A stretch of DNA of 64,000 nucleotides from Eledone cirrhosa. Lineage: Eukaryota. The position numbers and the translations under genes were made by a program. Below, piece by piece: positions 1 to 11,559 of this stretch. The stretch spans positions 198,214,001 to 198,278,000 of the forward strand of contig OZ024743.1 of the NCBI GenBank assembly GCA_964016885.1, read 5' to 3'. The notes under the pieces were generated by a model. The model searched no databases. It was given only the letters and a program-made list of their open reading frames with translations, and was not told the DNA's origin. Within the stretch, counting starts at the first letter, position 1; each line of letters opens with the position of its first letter.

Positions 1-1103
1 GCATTATCCACAACGAAGGAGAGGAGTTGGTGGATGTCCGTGTGTGTGAGTCCGAAGCAGTGTAAGTTAGATGCTCGGACTCGTTCGGTCAACAGGTCGA
101 CAGCTGGGGATGCTGGTACGGAGGTATAAAGGGCGACCACATCAAGACTGAAGGCATAACCGTTGTCCTTTCTGGTGTTGGGCGCCAGATGGTGTAGTCG
201 CTCCAAGACTTCCTTTGAGCTGCAGACGTGGGCTGGTAGTGTGTGTAGAATAGGTTTCAGTAGTGTGGAGAGCAGCCACGATATTTTGTAGAGTGGGCCC
301 TCCATGCTAGAGACAATGGGCCTGATTTTCAAATTGGGTCCTTGTTTATGTGTTTTAACCAGGTGGTAGAAGGTGGGTAATTTGATGTTTCGAGTCATTA
401 TGTTGTTTTTTACCTTCTTTGGCAGTTTTCGTTGGACACAGATGTTAGTCCATATGGTGTTAATGCCTTTCTCGATTAGAGTCGAGGAGGTCCCTGTGAC
501 TTTCGAGTAGAGGCTGTGGTCATTAAGATTTTGGAGAGCTAAGTTGTTGTAGGTCTCTCTCGAGATGACACAGAATTCTTTCCCCTTGTCGGAGGGAAGG
601 TACACAAGGTTCCTGGATCTTAGGTTGGTGAGAGTATTAAATTGTGCATTGGTGAGGTTGCGTTTATTGTGTGTGTGTGTGTGTGTTGGGAAAGGATGTT
701 AGAGATAGAATGTTTCAACCTGAGTAGTTTAGTGTCAAGTTCGTGGTTGGTGGGTGGGGGGTGGAGTGGGTTGTCGAGGTGATACGTGGGGAGTGTGGGG
801 TGGGTTGTGGGGTTGTAATCGATCTCGGTGTTGTTTTGGATGGCGGTTAGCCATTTCAGTTGATATGCTGTCCGACAGAAGTTGGTTTCGATGTCGAGTT
901 TCAGTGTATCATCGAGACGCTGTGTAATGATGAACTTGGGTCCGAGGCGCAGAAGTTCGAGTTCGTCGTTGGTGAGGGTACCGGTTAAGTCGGTAACGAG
1001 GTGTGAAGCATCGTTGGTAGGTAGATCGATGTTGGGGGTGTAGCGGAGGGTGTTGTATAGCTGTTTCCCCTGGTGTGGTTGTAGTCGGTCCGTCTGTGGG
1101 AGC
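1..1103 (-). mobile_element. Penelope-like element, inverted N-terminal/RT part (runs off window start)
   Basis: Manual minus-strand translation gives VYLPSDKG, LPTFYHLVKTHKQGPNLKIRPIVSS, FSLDVVALYTSVP and ends ...DIHQLLSFVVDNA at position 1. These are PLE RT motifs that normally precede the KQxxGLPMGS motif found on the plus strand at about 1105. Confidence 0.85.
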
Positions 1104-1104
1104 G

Positions 1105-2172
1105 GATTTCCTCGGCCACACGTACAAACAAATCTCTGGGCTACCTATGGGCTCTAGTCTGTCCGGCATACTTGCGATCTCGTACATGGACCACCTGGAA
1201 CGCAAGGCACTCAATACCTGCCAACCCAATGCCGTCGCCTTCTACTCCAGATACGTTGATGATATCCTGATACTTACTTCTTCCCGGGAGATGTCGAATG
1301 AAATTCACCAAATTTTCAACGATACTGACCATCACGTCGATTTCACCATCGAACACCCAGGAGAAGACGGGTCACTCGCCCTCCTCGACTTCCGTATCAA
1401 CATCTCGGAAGAAGGAGACATAAACACCACCTTCTACCGCAAAGCAGCGTGCAAGGACTTATTTGTGCATTATAACTCAGCCCTCCCCAACAACGCTAAG
1501 AGAGGTTATGTCCTAAATGAACTGACACGGATCACTAACAGATGCAGCGACCCGATGGGTGGTCTCACCCATACCACGCAATTCCGTAATCTACTCAGAT
1601 CTAATGGTTATCCCAAGCGACTGATTAACGGAATTAGAGACCCCAGACCCAATAGACAGACACCCACTAGAAAATTAAATAATAGCAGGTGCTTCTTTAA
1701 AATCCCCCACCTGAGTGAATATACCACGAACGCCATCCGCAGGGCCATACGGACGGAGGGACTTGACATACATTTGGCCCACACAGGACCTTCGCTGCGA
1801 AGATGCCTCTCCAACAAACCCGACGAGTCAGATGGGATGTGTTCCCTCAGCAACTGCCCGATACGGGGGGCAGATTGCCTACGCACCTATGTCGTATATA
1901 AGATTCAATGCGATAAATGTAACAAGTTTTACATAGGTAGCACCATCCGACCCCTACATGTTCGTATCAAGGAACATATCAACACCAACGCATCTTCCTT
2001 CCGTAAACACATCCTTAAATGCGGAAACCCACAGGGTAGACCCTTGGTCACAGTCCTAGCGACTGAACGCAGCATCGGATCCTTAAGGATAAAGGAAGCA
2101 CTTGTTATTAAGAACCTCAGACCCCCACTTAACAACCGGGCTGAGAGAAATGAGCTGACATGGCTAACTTAA
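1105..2172 (+). CDS. Penelope-like RT C-terminal half plus GIY-YIG endonuclease (5'-inverted copy)
   Basis: ORF 1075-2172 has YKQISGLPMGSSLS, YSRYVDD, LALLDF, FYRK, NGYP, then VVYKIQCDKC..FYIGSTIRPLHVRIKEH..EAL..PPLN. The first ~10 codons lie in the inverted segment. Confidence 0.92.
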   Translation, partial: DFLGHTYKQISGLPMGSSLSGILAISYMDHLERKALNTCQPNAVAFYSRYVDDILILTSSREMSNEIHQIFNDTDHHVDFTIEHPGEDGSLALLDFRINISEEGDINTTFYRKAACKDLFVHYNSALPNNAKRGYVLNELTRITNRCSDPMGGLTHTTQFRNLLRSNGYPKRLINGIRDPRPNRQTPTRKLNNSRCFFKIPHLSEYTTNAIRRAIRTEGLDIHLAHTGPSLRRCLSNKPDESDGMCSLSNCPIRGADCLRTYVVYKIQCDKCNKFYIGSTIRPLHVRIKEHINTNASSFRKHILKCGNPQGRPLVTVLATERSIGSLRIKEALVIKNLRPPLNNRAERNELTWLT

Positions 2173-2232
2173 CCATAGTGACCATTCACAGCCTACGGCC
2201 TGCTATCTTCACACACACGCACGTATATGCAT

Positions 2233-2530
2233 ACCCATATGCATACACACACACATCTATATTTATACACGCACACATGTTTTTACAACCTACCACCTTT
2301 CACACCCTTTGATTTCCAGCTTCTACAGCCCACTATCTTTCACACACAAACGCACTCACACATATACACACACAGTTACACACACATGTATACCCATACG
2401 CTTACACACACACATCTATATTTATACACGCACACATGTTTTACAACCTACCACCTTTCACACCCTTTGATTTCCAGCTTCTACAGCCCACTATCTTTCA
2501 CACACACACACACTCACACATATACACACG
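2233..2530 (+). repeat. Tandem duplication (~158 bp period) in PLE 3' region
   Basis: The block ...catctatatttatacacgcacacatgttttacaacctaccacctttcacacccctttgatttccagcttctacagcccactatctttcacac occurs twice. Confidence 0.85.
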
Positions 2531-2806
2531 TACACTTATACACACACAGTTACACACACATATATATTTACACACACAGTTACACACACATATATATTTA
2601 CACACACATATCTTACGGCTTTCACACGCTAGCGCACCCTCTTGATTTAACCCATTTGGTCAGTAGCTTTTGCCACAGCCTATCACGCGCACGCGCATTC
2701 TTTCCCTCGTTTAAATTTTAAATAATTTTCTCCCCATAACGGCATTCCTGTCTTAACGACATCACAACTTTCTCCGCTTTGCCTGTCCCCCCCCCTTTTG
2801 GAACTT

Positions 2807-2842
2807 TCCCCCGTTGATGGGCGTGAGCCCGAAATATTGGGA
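2807..2842 (+). ncRNA. Degenerate minimal hammerhead at 3' end of the PLE
   Basis: TCCC-CCGTTGA-T-GGGC GTGA GCCC-GAAA-TATT-GGGA. Stems I and II pair, but the CTGANGA core carries substitutions. Confidence 0.5.
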
Positions 2843-3146
2843 TTAAATCTCTACTACGGTAACCCTTCTACCTTTGTTTTGTTTTCATCTTTGTCTCTCT
2901 CAATTTTCACTTTCACCTGTTTTTCCTATCTATCTTTCACTTCCTACCTCGAGATTTCCCTCTGCATTGTTGTGGCTTTCTTAAATACGTATTTTATATA
3001 TATATATATATATATATTATATGACTATATATAGTATATTTGGCAATATACCGTATGCTTAATTAAAAACATTTTGAAGACCTTGCGCTATTATTTTAAA
3101 GTAGTGACTATGTCACTTACTTCTTTTTTCAACAAACAAAGAGAGA

Positions 3147-3192
3147 TAAGCTGACAGATCTGTTTCATTCTGTTGGTAATCATCAGAGCTTA
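3147..3192 (-). ncRNA. Type I hammerhead ribozyme
   Basis: TAAGCT-CTGATGA-TTACCAACAGAAT-GAAAC AGATCT GTC-AGCTTA. 6-bp stem I, palindromic stem III, GUC cleavage triplet, weak stem II. Confidence 0.8.
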
Positions 3193-3267
3193 ACACTCGC
3201 CGATGCCTGTTGAAAATTATAGATGCTGGATTCCTATAGAATTCTAGTAATAATCAGGAACTGATTA

Positions 3268-3379
3268 TACAGAGCGATTGCCGGTCCAGCAAAAATTGAA
3301 AATTAGAATTGGTGTTCTGAAATAGCGATGTATACATGAATATATATTCAATTTTTGCTGGACCGGCAATCGCTCTGTA
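3268..3379. repeat. 33-bp perfect inverted repeat with ~46-bp spacer
   Basis: tacagagcgattgccggtccagcaaaaattgaa (3268-3300) and its reverse complement (3347-3379). Confidence 0.9.
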
Positions 3380-4110
3380 CTATCTACCTATGAGGCATGA
3401 TGTAGTGGCCAAATCACTGTACAATGCAGTTCGTAAAAAAGATAGCCCCGATAATAAACACATTAAAAGCTACAGCAATGTGGAAGACATCTATGTACAT
3501 AATATGAAAGGGTACTGGTGGAATGTTCCAGTAAAAACCCCAATAAAATGCAGGCATAACAGACCAGATATTATGATATGGGACAGGGAGAAGCATGCAC
3601 AGTAGTGGAAATTAGCTGCCCAGCAGATGCCAATATATTATCAAAGATTAGCGAAAAGGAGAATATTTATGCAGAACTGATGAGAAATCTGCAGATACTC
3701 CGCCCTGATTGCACCTTCAGATTTATGCCTGTGATTATTGGGGCACTGGGGTATGTTAGTAACTGCCTCAATACAAATCTTGAGAAGCAAAGCCTAACAG
3801 GAACAGAAAGAATACAACTAGTTAGGAAATTACAGTAAAAATATGTAAAACATTTCTAAAAGTTTTCATCTAATAACTGCATGTACAGATGCAAAGCATA
3901 CACACATGCACACATACAACTCAAAACATACACATCCACACATACAATAACATCCATATCTACACATGCATGCATACATAATCTACCTAGTTGATGTTGT
4001 GTAAATTCCAATGAGAGAGTCTTGTGTCTATGTTAGAAACCGACTCTCTCTTTATTAGGAACAAATTTGTGAAATTATAAAACCAGAAGAACGAACATAC
4101 ATACATACAC
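3380..4110 (+). mobile_element. 5'-truncated RLE-type non-LTR retrotransposon (R4/Dong/NeSL-like), endonuclease end plus 3' UTR
   Basis: Frameshifted ORFs give YLPMRHDVVA...HNRPDIMIWD / CTVVEISCP...EKENIYAEL...PVIIGALG, the RHD and PD..E restriction-like endonuclease motifs. Ends in (ACAT)n. Confidence 0.8.
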
Positions 4111-4472
4111 ACGCACATAGAAGAAAGAAATATCATCAGAACTCAACCTAAAGGATGCTTGTCGCTTAAAATCTTTTTCTGACACCTACATTTATTTTTC
4201 TGAATTGGTCAAGGGAATGTTGTATGTGAGTGCTTGAAACGAAAAGCAAAATTATTTGTATGGAATATAAATATACCACCCTAAAATCCTGGGAGTTTCA
4301 TAACACCTTACGTTTACAACTATCTCTATAATATCCAGGCAAAAGAGAAGGAAATCAAGTATATTTTAAACAAAAGAATGAAAGTACCACGCCCTACAAA
4401 TGTAGATGTCATTAACCACATTTTCGAATGTGAGAGAATGAATTTTAGATACACACAGGGTGTGGCCAGAGC

Positions 4473-5495
4473 CAGTGGCGGACTGGGTCTAAAAATATTG
4501 GTTGCCAGGAGATGAAGGGGGCCCACCTACATATAGAATGCTATCATTTAATTTTCATAATGAATAAATAACATTTTCGAAAAATACTTAAGTGGAAACA
4601 AAACAGTACAATCAAATTTTTGCGGAAAAATGACTTACCTCCTCCAATAAAAAATACTATGTTTTGCGAAATCCAAAGACTTTCAATAATGACCAGATAT
4701 CGACCCTAAATATTAGTAATAGCTCTAGGAAAGCCATGAACGACACCACATCTTTTTAAATTTGATTTTGAAAGTAGATTTATAATTATCAATTTTCATT
4801 ATACTTTTGTAGTTGTCTCAACGCCTAGTTGAAGGAATCATAGACGGTGGTGATCCTGGTCTGAAGTTTGATCCGGGTCGGCAGTAGGGTTCCCAGTAAA
4901 ACTTTTTGATTTTTTTCCCATGGGTTGTGAAATAAAAACTGAAAAAGGTTACATGTACCTAGGGAGTGAACCCAAAGCCAGGATCTCCACCGTCTCTAGT
5001 ACCTACCGCTTGGCCACAGAGACAACTACGAAAATCTTATGAAAATTCATACTTATAAACCTACTTTCAAAATTTTCAAAATAAAGTGTTGTGGTTTCGT
5101 TCATGTCTTTCATAATGTTATTGCTCCTACTTAAGGTCGACTTCTAAATCATTTGGGTGTTCCATAAACTACATCCTCGTTTTGTTTCACATCTATCTAG
5201 ACTATATTTTAACCTGTAATCCATGTTTCATTTCTGTTGCACCCCATTCCTTCCCCTTTTCTTTTTCTTTCTCTTTCTGATATTTGAATCTACTATGATT
5301 TGGGCTTACTTTATTTATATATATATGTTTTTGCATGTCTAATTCAAACTTACAATGATTGGCATTATATATATATATATTCAGGTATGTTTTGAAGCAT
5401 TGGCTCCTAAAATACTACAGTGGGTCCTGCAATGGTACTGTAGGCTCTTGCAAAGCTACCCTGGGAAATCTGGCAACCTGGCCAGTCTGCCACTG
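4473..5495. mobile_element. Non-autonomous hAT element (MITE)
   Basis: TIRs cagtggcggactgg / ccagtctgccactg; 8-bp TSD gccagagc / gtcagagc (7/8 match). Confidence 0.8.
4728..5112. mobile_element. Nested fold-back element with ~150-bp diverged inverted arms
   Basis: gaaagccatgaacgacaccaca...tttataattatcaattttcat...gtagttgtctc is mirrored by gagacaactacg...atgaaaattcatacttataaac...tgtggtttcgttcatgtctttc. Confidence 0.7.
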
Positions 5496-6102
5496 GTCAG
5501 AGCAATATTAATCTGGACTAAATTGAGAATTGAAATATAACAAAAACTAAGACCAATGCGTCAAATGTATACTGGTGGAAACTTTGAATAAAAAGAGCAA
5601 CTACACTTAAACATAGACGAGTTGATGCTGTTTAGAACCATACTATAAAAATGTCTTGATCGGGAAATTGGCAGCACGATTGAAAACTGTGTAAGAAAAA
5701 TGCAATAGAAAGACTACATATGCGGGCTGGTGATGAGGAGTATACAAATCCATTTTATATTTTCAGTGTTATCCTAATAATTACTGGAGTAAGAGAATAT
5801 CTAACAATATTACTGTATTAAATTACGGCTGAATTTGAATTATTGGTGAAAGAAACTTGCTTCATATTTTTTCATAATTCAAAGACTATTGATAAACATG
5901 AATAATAGAGATTTGTAAGATGTTTTTAAAATTATAAAACAAATTGAATGGTTGGTCAGAAATATGACGAAGGGAATAAGACCACATCCTTTTAGAAAAT
6001 GAAAATGATTTGTTTCTTGACAAACAAGCCATTGAGTAGGTGGTCAGTTAAATTAAGATCTTCAAATTCAATATGCATACATACAAACATATTTCAACAG
6101 TA

Positions 6103-6138
<36 letters not shown>

Positions 6139-6889
6139 TCACACACAGCACACACTTTTCTTACGTTTCTTGAGCAGTGACAAGCGTTTCGCTATTGATC
6201 AGTTCATGGTTCGATCTGTATACGATACAGATCGAACCTTCAGCTGATCAATACCAATGAAGACATAACAAATCGTTCTTTTATCATAATTACACTCTGC
6301 TTAGTTCTACATCTCTGTACCGATTGGAAACTACGCATCGAGTGTTCACTCTGGTGAATGTACATGTATATATATATATATAAATAATTACAATAGTGAC
6401 ATAAACAAGTAGTTAAGTTTCGTTGGATTCCGGACCCCAAATCATTCAGACTGTCATAAGGGAAATATATATAGATGTATATCACCTCATACAATATGCA
6501 GATTCCATCTATTTCTTCAAATAGATAAATTATCTATGCTACTTTCCCAAACATTATACACTCTCATCCAAACATAAAGAACTATGGACATATAGAAACA
6601 TACGCTTTCACAGTCTCTCCTACCTACGCACCTACCAATCTACCTAACTACATACGTACGGCCGTACGTACGTAGCTATCGACCTACCAACCTACCTTCT
6701 CACCCACTTACTACTTATCTATTTATCTCTCTATCCTTCTATCAATCTATCTGTAGATCTCTCTCTCTCCCCCCCTCTCTCTCTCTAACTATCTCTTTCT
6801 CTCTCTCTATCTATCTATCTCCCTCTTTCTCTCTCTATATATATTTGTCTGTCCGTTTATCTGTGTATCTATCTCTCTATCAACTTACC

Positions 6890-8112
6890 TTCTTCCACAA
6901 CTCGTCTCGCTAACAGAGCTGCAGTCCTGGGTCAAGCGAAGACCTAGAGTGAGCGTCTGGCATCTCTAGTACTTTCTGGCGCTCACAGCCCTCTACCAAG
7001 ACTCCACTTCGACATTCTATAGGGGATTAGTGGAGGATAGGAGCGACGACGTTCTCGGGAAAACTCTAGGCATCGAGGAGGACGAACTGACCAGTCTGTT
7101 CGGGAAGACTTTCCGTCCAGGGCCTATGGATAACTTCCAGAAGTCTCTGGCCTGGCATTGTTACCGAGGAGCTTTACCAGTTAGAGACAAAATCTACAAG
7201 CACGGACGCCATGGCAGAGATCCTGCTAAAAGGACATGTTCAAGATGCGAGCATGATATTGAAACCGTCCTGCACGAAATTGTTCAGTGCCCCGGGGTGA
7301 CCGAACTGTGGAGTTATGTCGAACAGCTATTGTCACGTGTGGGACGCATCTAGTTGTCAGCCGAGTCATTCGTGAGGATCACTCCGCCGCCTTCATTTAA
7401 GAATGAAAGAAAGGCGATTTTCCTCTGTCTGGTGGCTATGGTGAAAGAGGTAATATGGTGAACGAGGTTAAAAGGACTGAGGGCAAACACCTTTCTCCCC
7501 GGACAACAACTCATCCCCTTCTTTAAGTACCACTTCAGAAGGAAAGTGAGAGTGGAAAGAGAGGTGCTACACCCCAGTAAATTCTCTGAAAGGTAGGTAA
7601 ATGTGGCGAAAAAGGCCCGAGTGAATGGGCCTTCTCTGCATATAAACCTCTAGGTTGAGGAAGACATTCAAAGGAAAGACGGGAACACGTACAAAACGTC
7701 CTCCTGGTGTTGAGTGTTGTTCTATCCACGGGGTGTAAAACAACCTCGCAGTAACGCCCCCCCCCCCCCATTGGGGATTTCGATTGTTTTATTTTAATTT
7801 TATATAAAGTTGATCGTCATCCATTATTCTTAAAGATTGTATGGCGGTGGATTGGCAGTATCGGTAGAGAGTCGGACGCCATGCTTTCCAGCATAGTTAC
7901 GTCCCTTTACGATCTGAGTTCAAATTCCGTCGAGGTTGACTTTGCCTTTCATCGTTACGGGGTCGATAAAATAAAGTACCAGTAATGCACTGGGTATTTG
8001 CTGGCTTTGTGCCTAAAATCGAAACAATTATTGTTAAAGATTGTATGTACAACCCCCGCCGTCACATCTTGTAATGTCCCATTTTTGTACACCGTTGTAG
8101 CAAATAAAGAAA
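6890..8112 (+). mobile_element. Tx1/L1-type LINE 3' fragment (same family as 55.4-64 kb), interrupted by a SINE
   Basis: Translates to DDVLG..PGPMDNFQKSLAWHCYRGALPVRDK..C.RC..ETVLH..QC, matching the LINE C-terminus at 56788-57483. AATAAA at about 8103. Confidence 0.85.
7843..8033 (+). mobile_element. tRNA-derived SINE, family 1 (Nin/Deu-like central domain)
   Basis: A-box-like ttggcagtatcgg, B box gagttcaaattc, domain gactttgcctttcatc..ggggtcgataaaataaagtacc; TSD ttaaagattgtatg. Confidence 0.85.
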
Positions 8113-8549
8113 TATATCTACTTACCTATGTACTAATTTACATAACCATCCATCAGCCGAGCGTCCTGCCTGCTGCTCTACTTACTTACCTCCTGCATCT
8201 TTCCCCCTTGATTGCTCTCAATCTATCTCACTCTCCTTCTCTGCCACATACACACACTATTGTGCCTACATACCCTTTCTAACACTCTCTTCTATCAACA
8301 TCGTCTCAGTCATCACGACTATGTACACATACACACAAACACATATATACGCACACAAATACATGCTTACATACATACATAAATATATATATATATACAC
8401 TCTGCCTACGTATATATTTTCCATCCTCCCCTCTGTTAATTACGTCTTCCCATATATATGTCCACTCTAACACACATTCAAACGCACATGCACACACGCA
8501 TTCACACACAAACATACACAACACCCAAACAAGCTCACCCCCCCGCCAT

Positions 8550-8584
<35 letters not shown>

Positions 8585-9754
8585 CCTTATCCACACACAA
8601 ATGTACTCGAATACGAGAGATGCATACACACTCATACACTCACACACATGCATATTTACACACATGCAAATACCCATTAACTCAAATTCACAAACACACA
8701 CAGATACGCATATACACACTCACATACATACACACATACTCACATAAACTCATGCTCTCACACACGAAATCCGAAACATACATACATACATGCTCACACA
8801 TGCACACACACACACAGAGGCAATCACACACTCACATACACACATACGTACACATACACATACTCACATACACACAAAAAAAAACAAAAACAAACATACA
8901 TATATTCATACATGCACACATATACACATACACACTCTCACATACACCTATACATACGTACACACATACTTACATAAACACATGCCCTCACGCACAAAAA
9001 ACAAACATACATACATTCATACATGCTCGCACACAGCCAAATACAGACACACATAGAGAAACGCACGCACACAGAGCCATGTACAACATTCTTTGTCTTT
9101 TGCTGACATTTGTTTCCCTCAAATACCGTCTAAGACATTAGCATGCATTACATTGTATTATTAGCAGAAAGCTTGCCAACTATGTCTTCGGGCTGTTCTC
9201 GTCGTTTGCAACTAGTATTCAAACATAATGTATGTGGTAGTGGTTGAAAGAGGTAGAATATCAACAACACTACCAACACTAACAACAGTAATAATAACAA
9301 CACAGTGAAATATCTTTTGAGTTAATGAGATGAAAAACGAAATGTTTCCTTGTTTAATGAGACAGCCAAAGACTCAGTGTTTATTGCAATAGTCATCTCA
9401 CTGTTTTCACTTGTCAAACAGCCGACGAAATTCAAGAAAAAATATATTTGCCCAAGCTCTGATATTTAATATGGTTCGTTGTTAGTCTGGAGAATACAGA
9501 ACCAGTTTAAGTATAGAAGTTTACAGTCACCTGTCATGCTTGTAATAGCAAGCAAATCAACACTAAATATCACTTAAAGATTTAGGAAAGACGTACATAT
9601 TGTGGGACATTTTAAATGGGAAACAATAAGGCACTGCTTGCAGCGAACTTGGAATAATAATAATAATAAAAACCCAGTAAAATGGATGGGCTTTGCTGCA
9701 CTACTCGATCAATATCGATTTGGTGCTAAACAAAAATAACATTTAGTTCAAATA

Positions 9755-10110
9755 CCTTCTTCTTCTTCTTCTTCTTCTTCTTCTTCTTCTTCTTCTTCTT
9801 CTTCTTCGCCCACTTATTCCTGAGAGGGTCGTGGGGGCTAAGTCCTAGATTACTCCTTCCAGCAGGTCTGTCCATCTGATCGGGCTGGATCTCCAAGCGA
9901 GACCAGACAAGCACAGGGATGTTATCTAAACATCTTGCTCGGAGTCAACCCTTGGGTCTCCTGCGGGTTAGTTTTCCCCGCAAAATCTGTCCAACGATTC
10001 TTTCCTGGGACATTCAAACCACATGCCCATAATATCGGAGCTGTGATCTCTCTATTCGAAGAAGTGGCGGCTCTAGCTGGTGTGATTCCTAAATTTCGAT
10101 CTAAACATTA
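9755..10110 (-). mobile_element. RTE-type LINE 3' end with (GAA)n tail
   Basis: Minus translation LRIERSQLRYYGHVV..RRPKG.LRARCLDNI followed by (GAA)n. Homologous pieces at 21670-21887 and 40880-41060. Confidence 0.7.
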
Positions 10111-11212
10111 GCAGCTTCGAAGGCACCCCCATTTTTTATTCCCAGCTGTAATATGGCACTGTTCCATGATGATTTTCTAATGCTAAACTGATGAAACGGA
10201 AATAGTTGTTTTTTTAATTTCTATTTGTGTATATTGAGGACTATATGTAATAATGTGTGATGGAAGTGAATTCCAATGACTGCTGCATCTCCGAGAAGGA
10301 ACGTTCGAGGAAACTGTCAAATTTGAGGTATAACAGAAGAAAACTGAGATGAAATAGGGATTTTAAAGAAGGAGGCACAGATACATCGATTAAACTTAGG
10401 CAGTTTTACACTGTTGCTGTTGTAGAAACGGCAGATCGACATAACGCTTTTAGATTATAGTTGGAGCAGAGAGGGGAAACAGTGCATCCACGAAATAGTG
10501 GTAGTAATGTGTTGATGTGCGAGACTTTACGAATCAGCTGAATGTCTGTTTTTTGAAAATGATCTTGCTTTTTTTTTTTGCGTGTGGCAGTTACAGCAAA
10601 GGAAAGTTTCGAAGAGCGTTAACATTTTTGTTACAAAGTAGACATAATAACGGTTTTTTCAAAAACATTGACCTGAAATATTTCAGTCCACATTCATATT
10701 ATTTATTCATTTAGTAAATGTTTATTTGACAACGAAGGAAATTGAATTATAATTCAAAATATGCTTCCGTTTATTCTTCATTGTGTCTGTAAGACGAGAT
10801 TAGGACCTAAGTCAATAAGGAATTCGCCAACACATCTTCTATAAAGATATAACATTCTTTTACTTCGTTTCCTGCCGAACACGTATGCCTTTTAACAAGG
10901 CAGATGTTATTTTTAAATAGATTCTTTCATCAACAGAAGCTCTGCTTTTGTACAAGTAATAGCAATATAAAAGGGTAGAGGAAAGTAGAAACACATAATA
11001 AATGATTTTGAAATTTGTTGCAATTAAAGAGAAATTGTAGTGTTGAAATAACTCTTAGACTACCAATACATGTTTCGTATGTTTAGTGATAGTTTTATTT
11101 TGATTCTTGATTTAACATTTTATTGTTAAAGTCCCGTTTCATCTGACTGTGGGTATTGTTAGTAGACAAGAAACTAGAATCTACAATCTTGTCACTTGGA
11201 ATATTTGACGCT

Positions 11213-11395
11213 TTTGGCAGTTTTGGTAGAGCGTCAGACACCATGCTTTGTAGCATAGAGTTATGGCCATTTACGTCCTGAGTTCAAATCCCGTCGAGGT
11301 TAAATTTGCCTTTTATCCTTACGGGGTCGATAAAATAAAGCACCAGTAACGCAGTGGGGTAATTGCTGACCTTGTGCCAAAAGTAGAAACATTAT
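11213..11395 (+). mobile_element. tRNA-derived SINE, family 1
   Basis: Similar to 7843-8033 across head and central domain. Confidence 0.8.
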
Positions 11396-11559
11396 AAGAC
11401 TGACGTATAGGCCGGGTTGAGACATTCCACTCCTAAACTGAATAAATTTTAACTTGTAATGAGGAGTATTCTGGAATATAGAATTAAATATCAATAAGTA
11501 GTCAGGAATGGTGAGATTAACGTAGAACAGTTGATTTAAATAATTTAAAGGGATTGATT

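Noticed and set aside
7843-8033. tRNA genes
   Set aside because: A/B boxes belong to SINE heads; no full cloverleaf.
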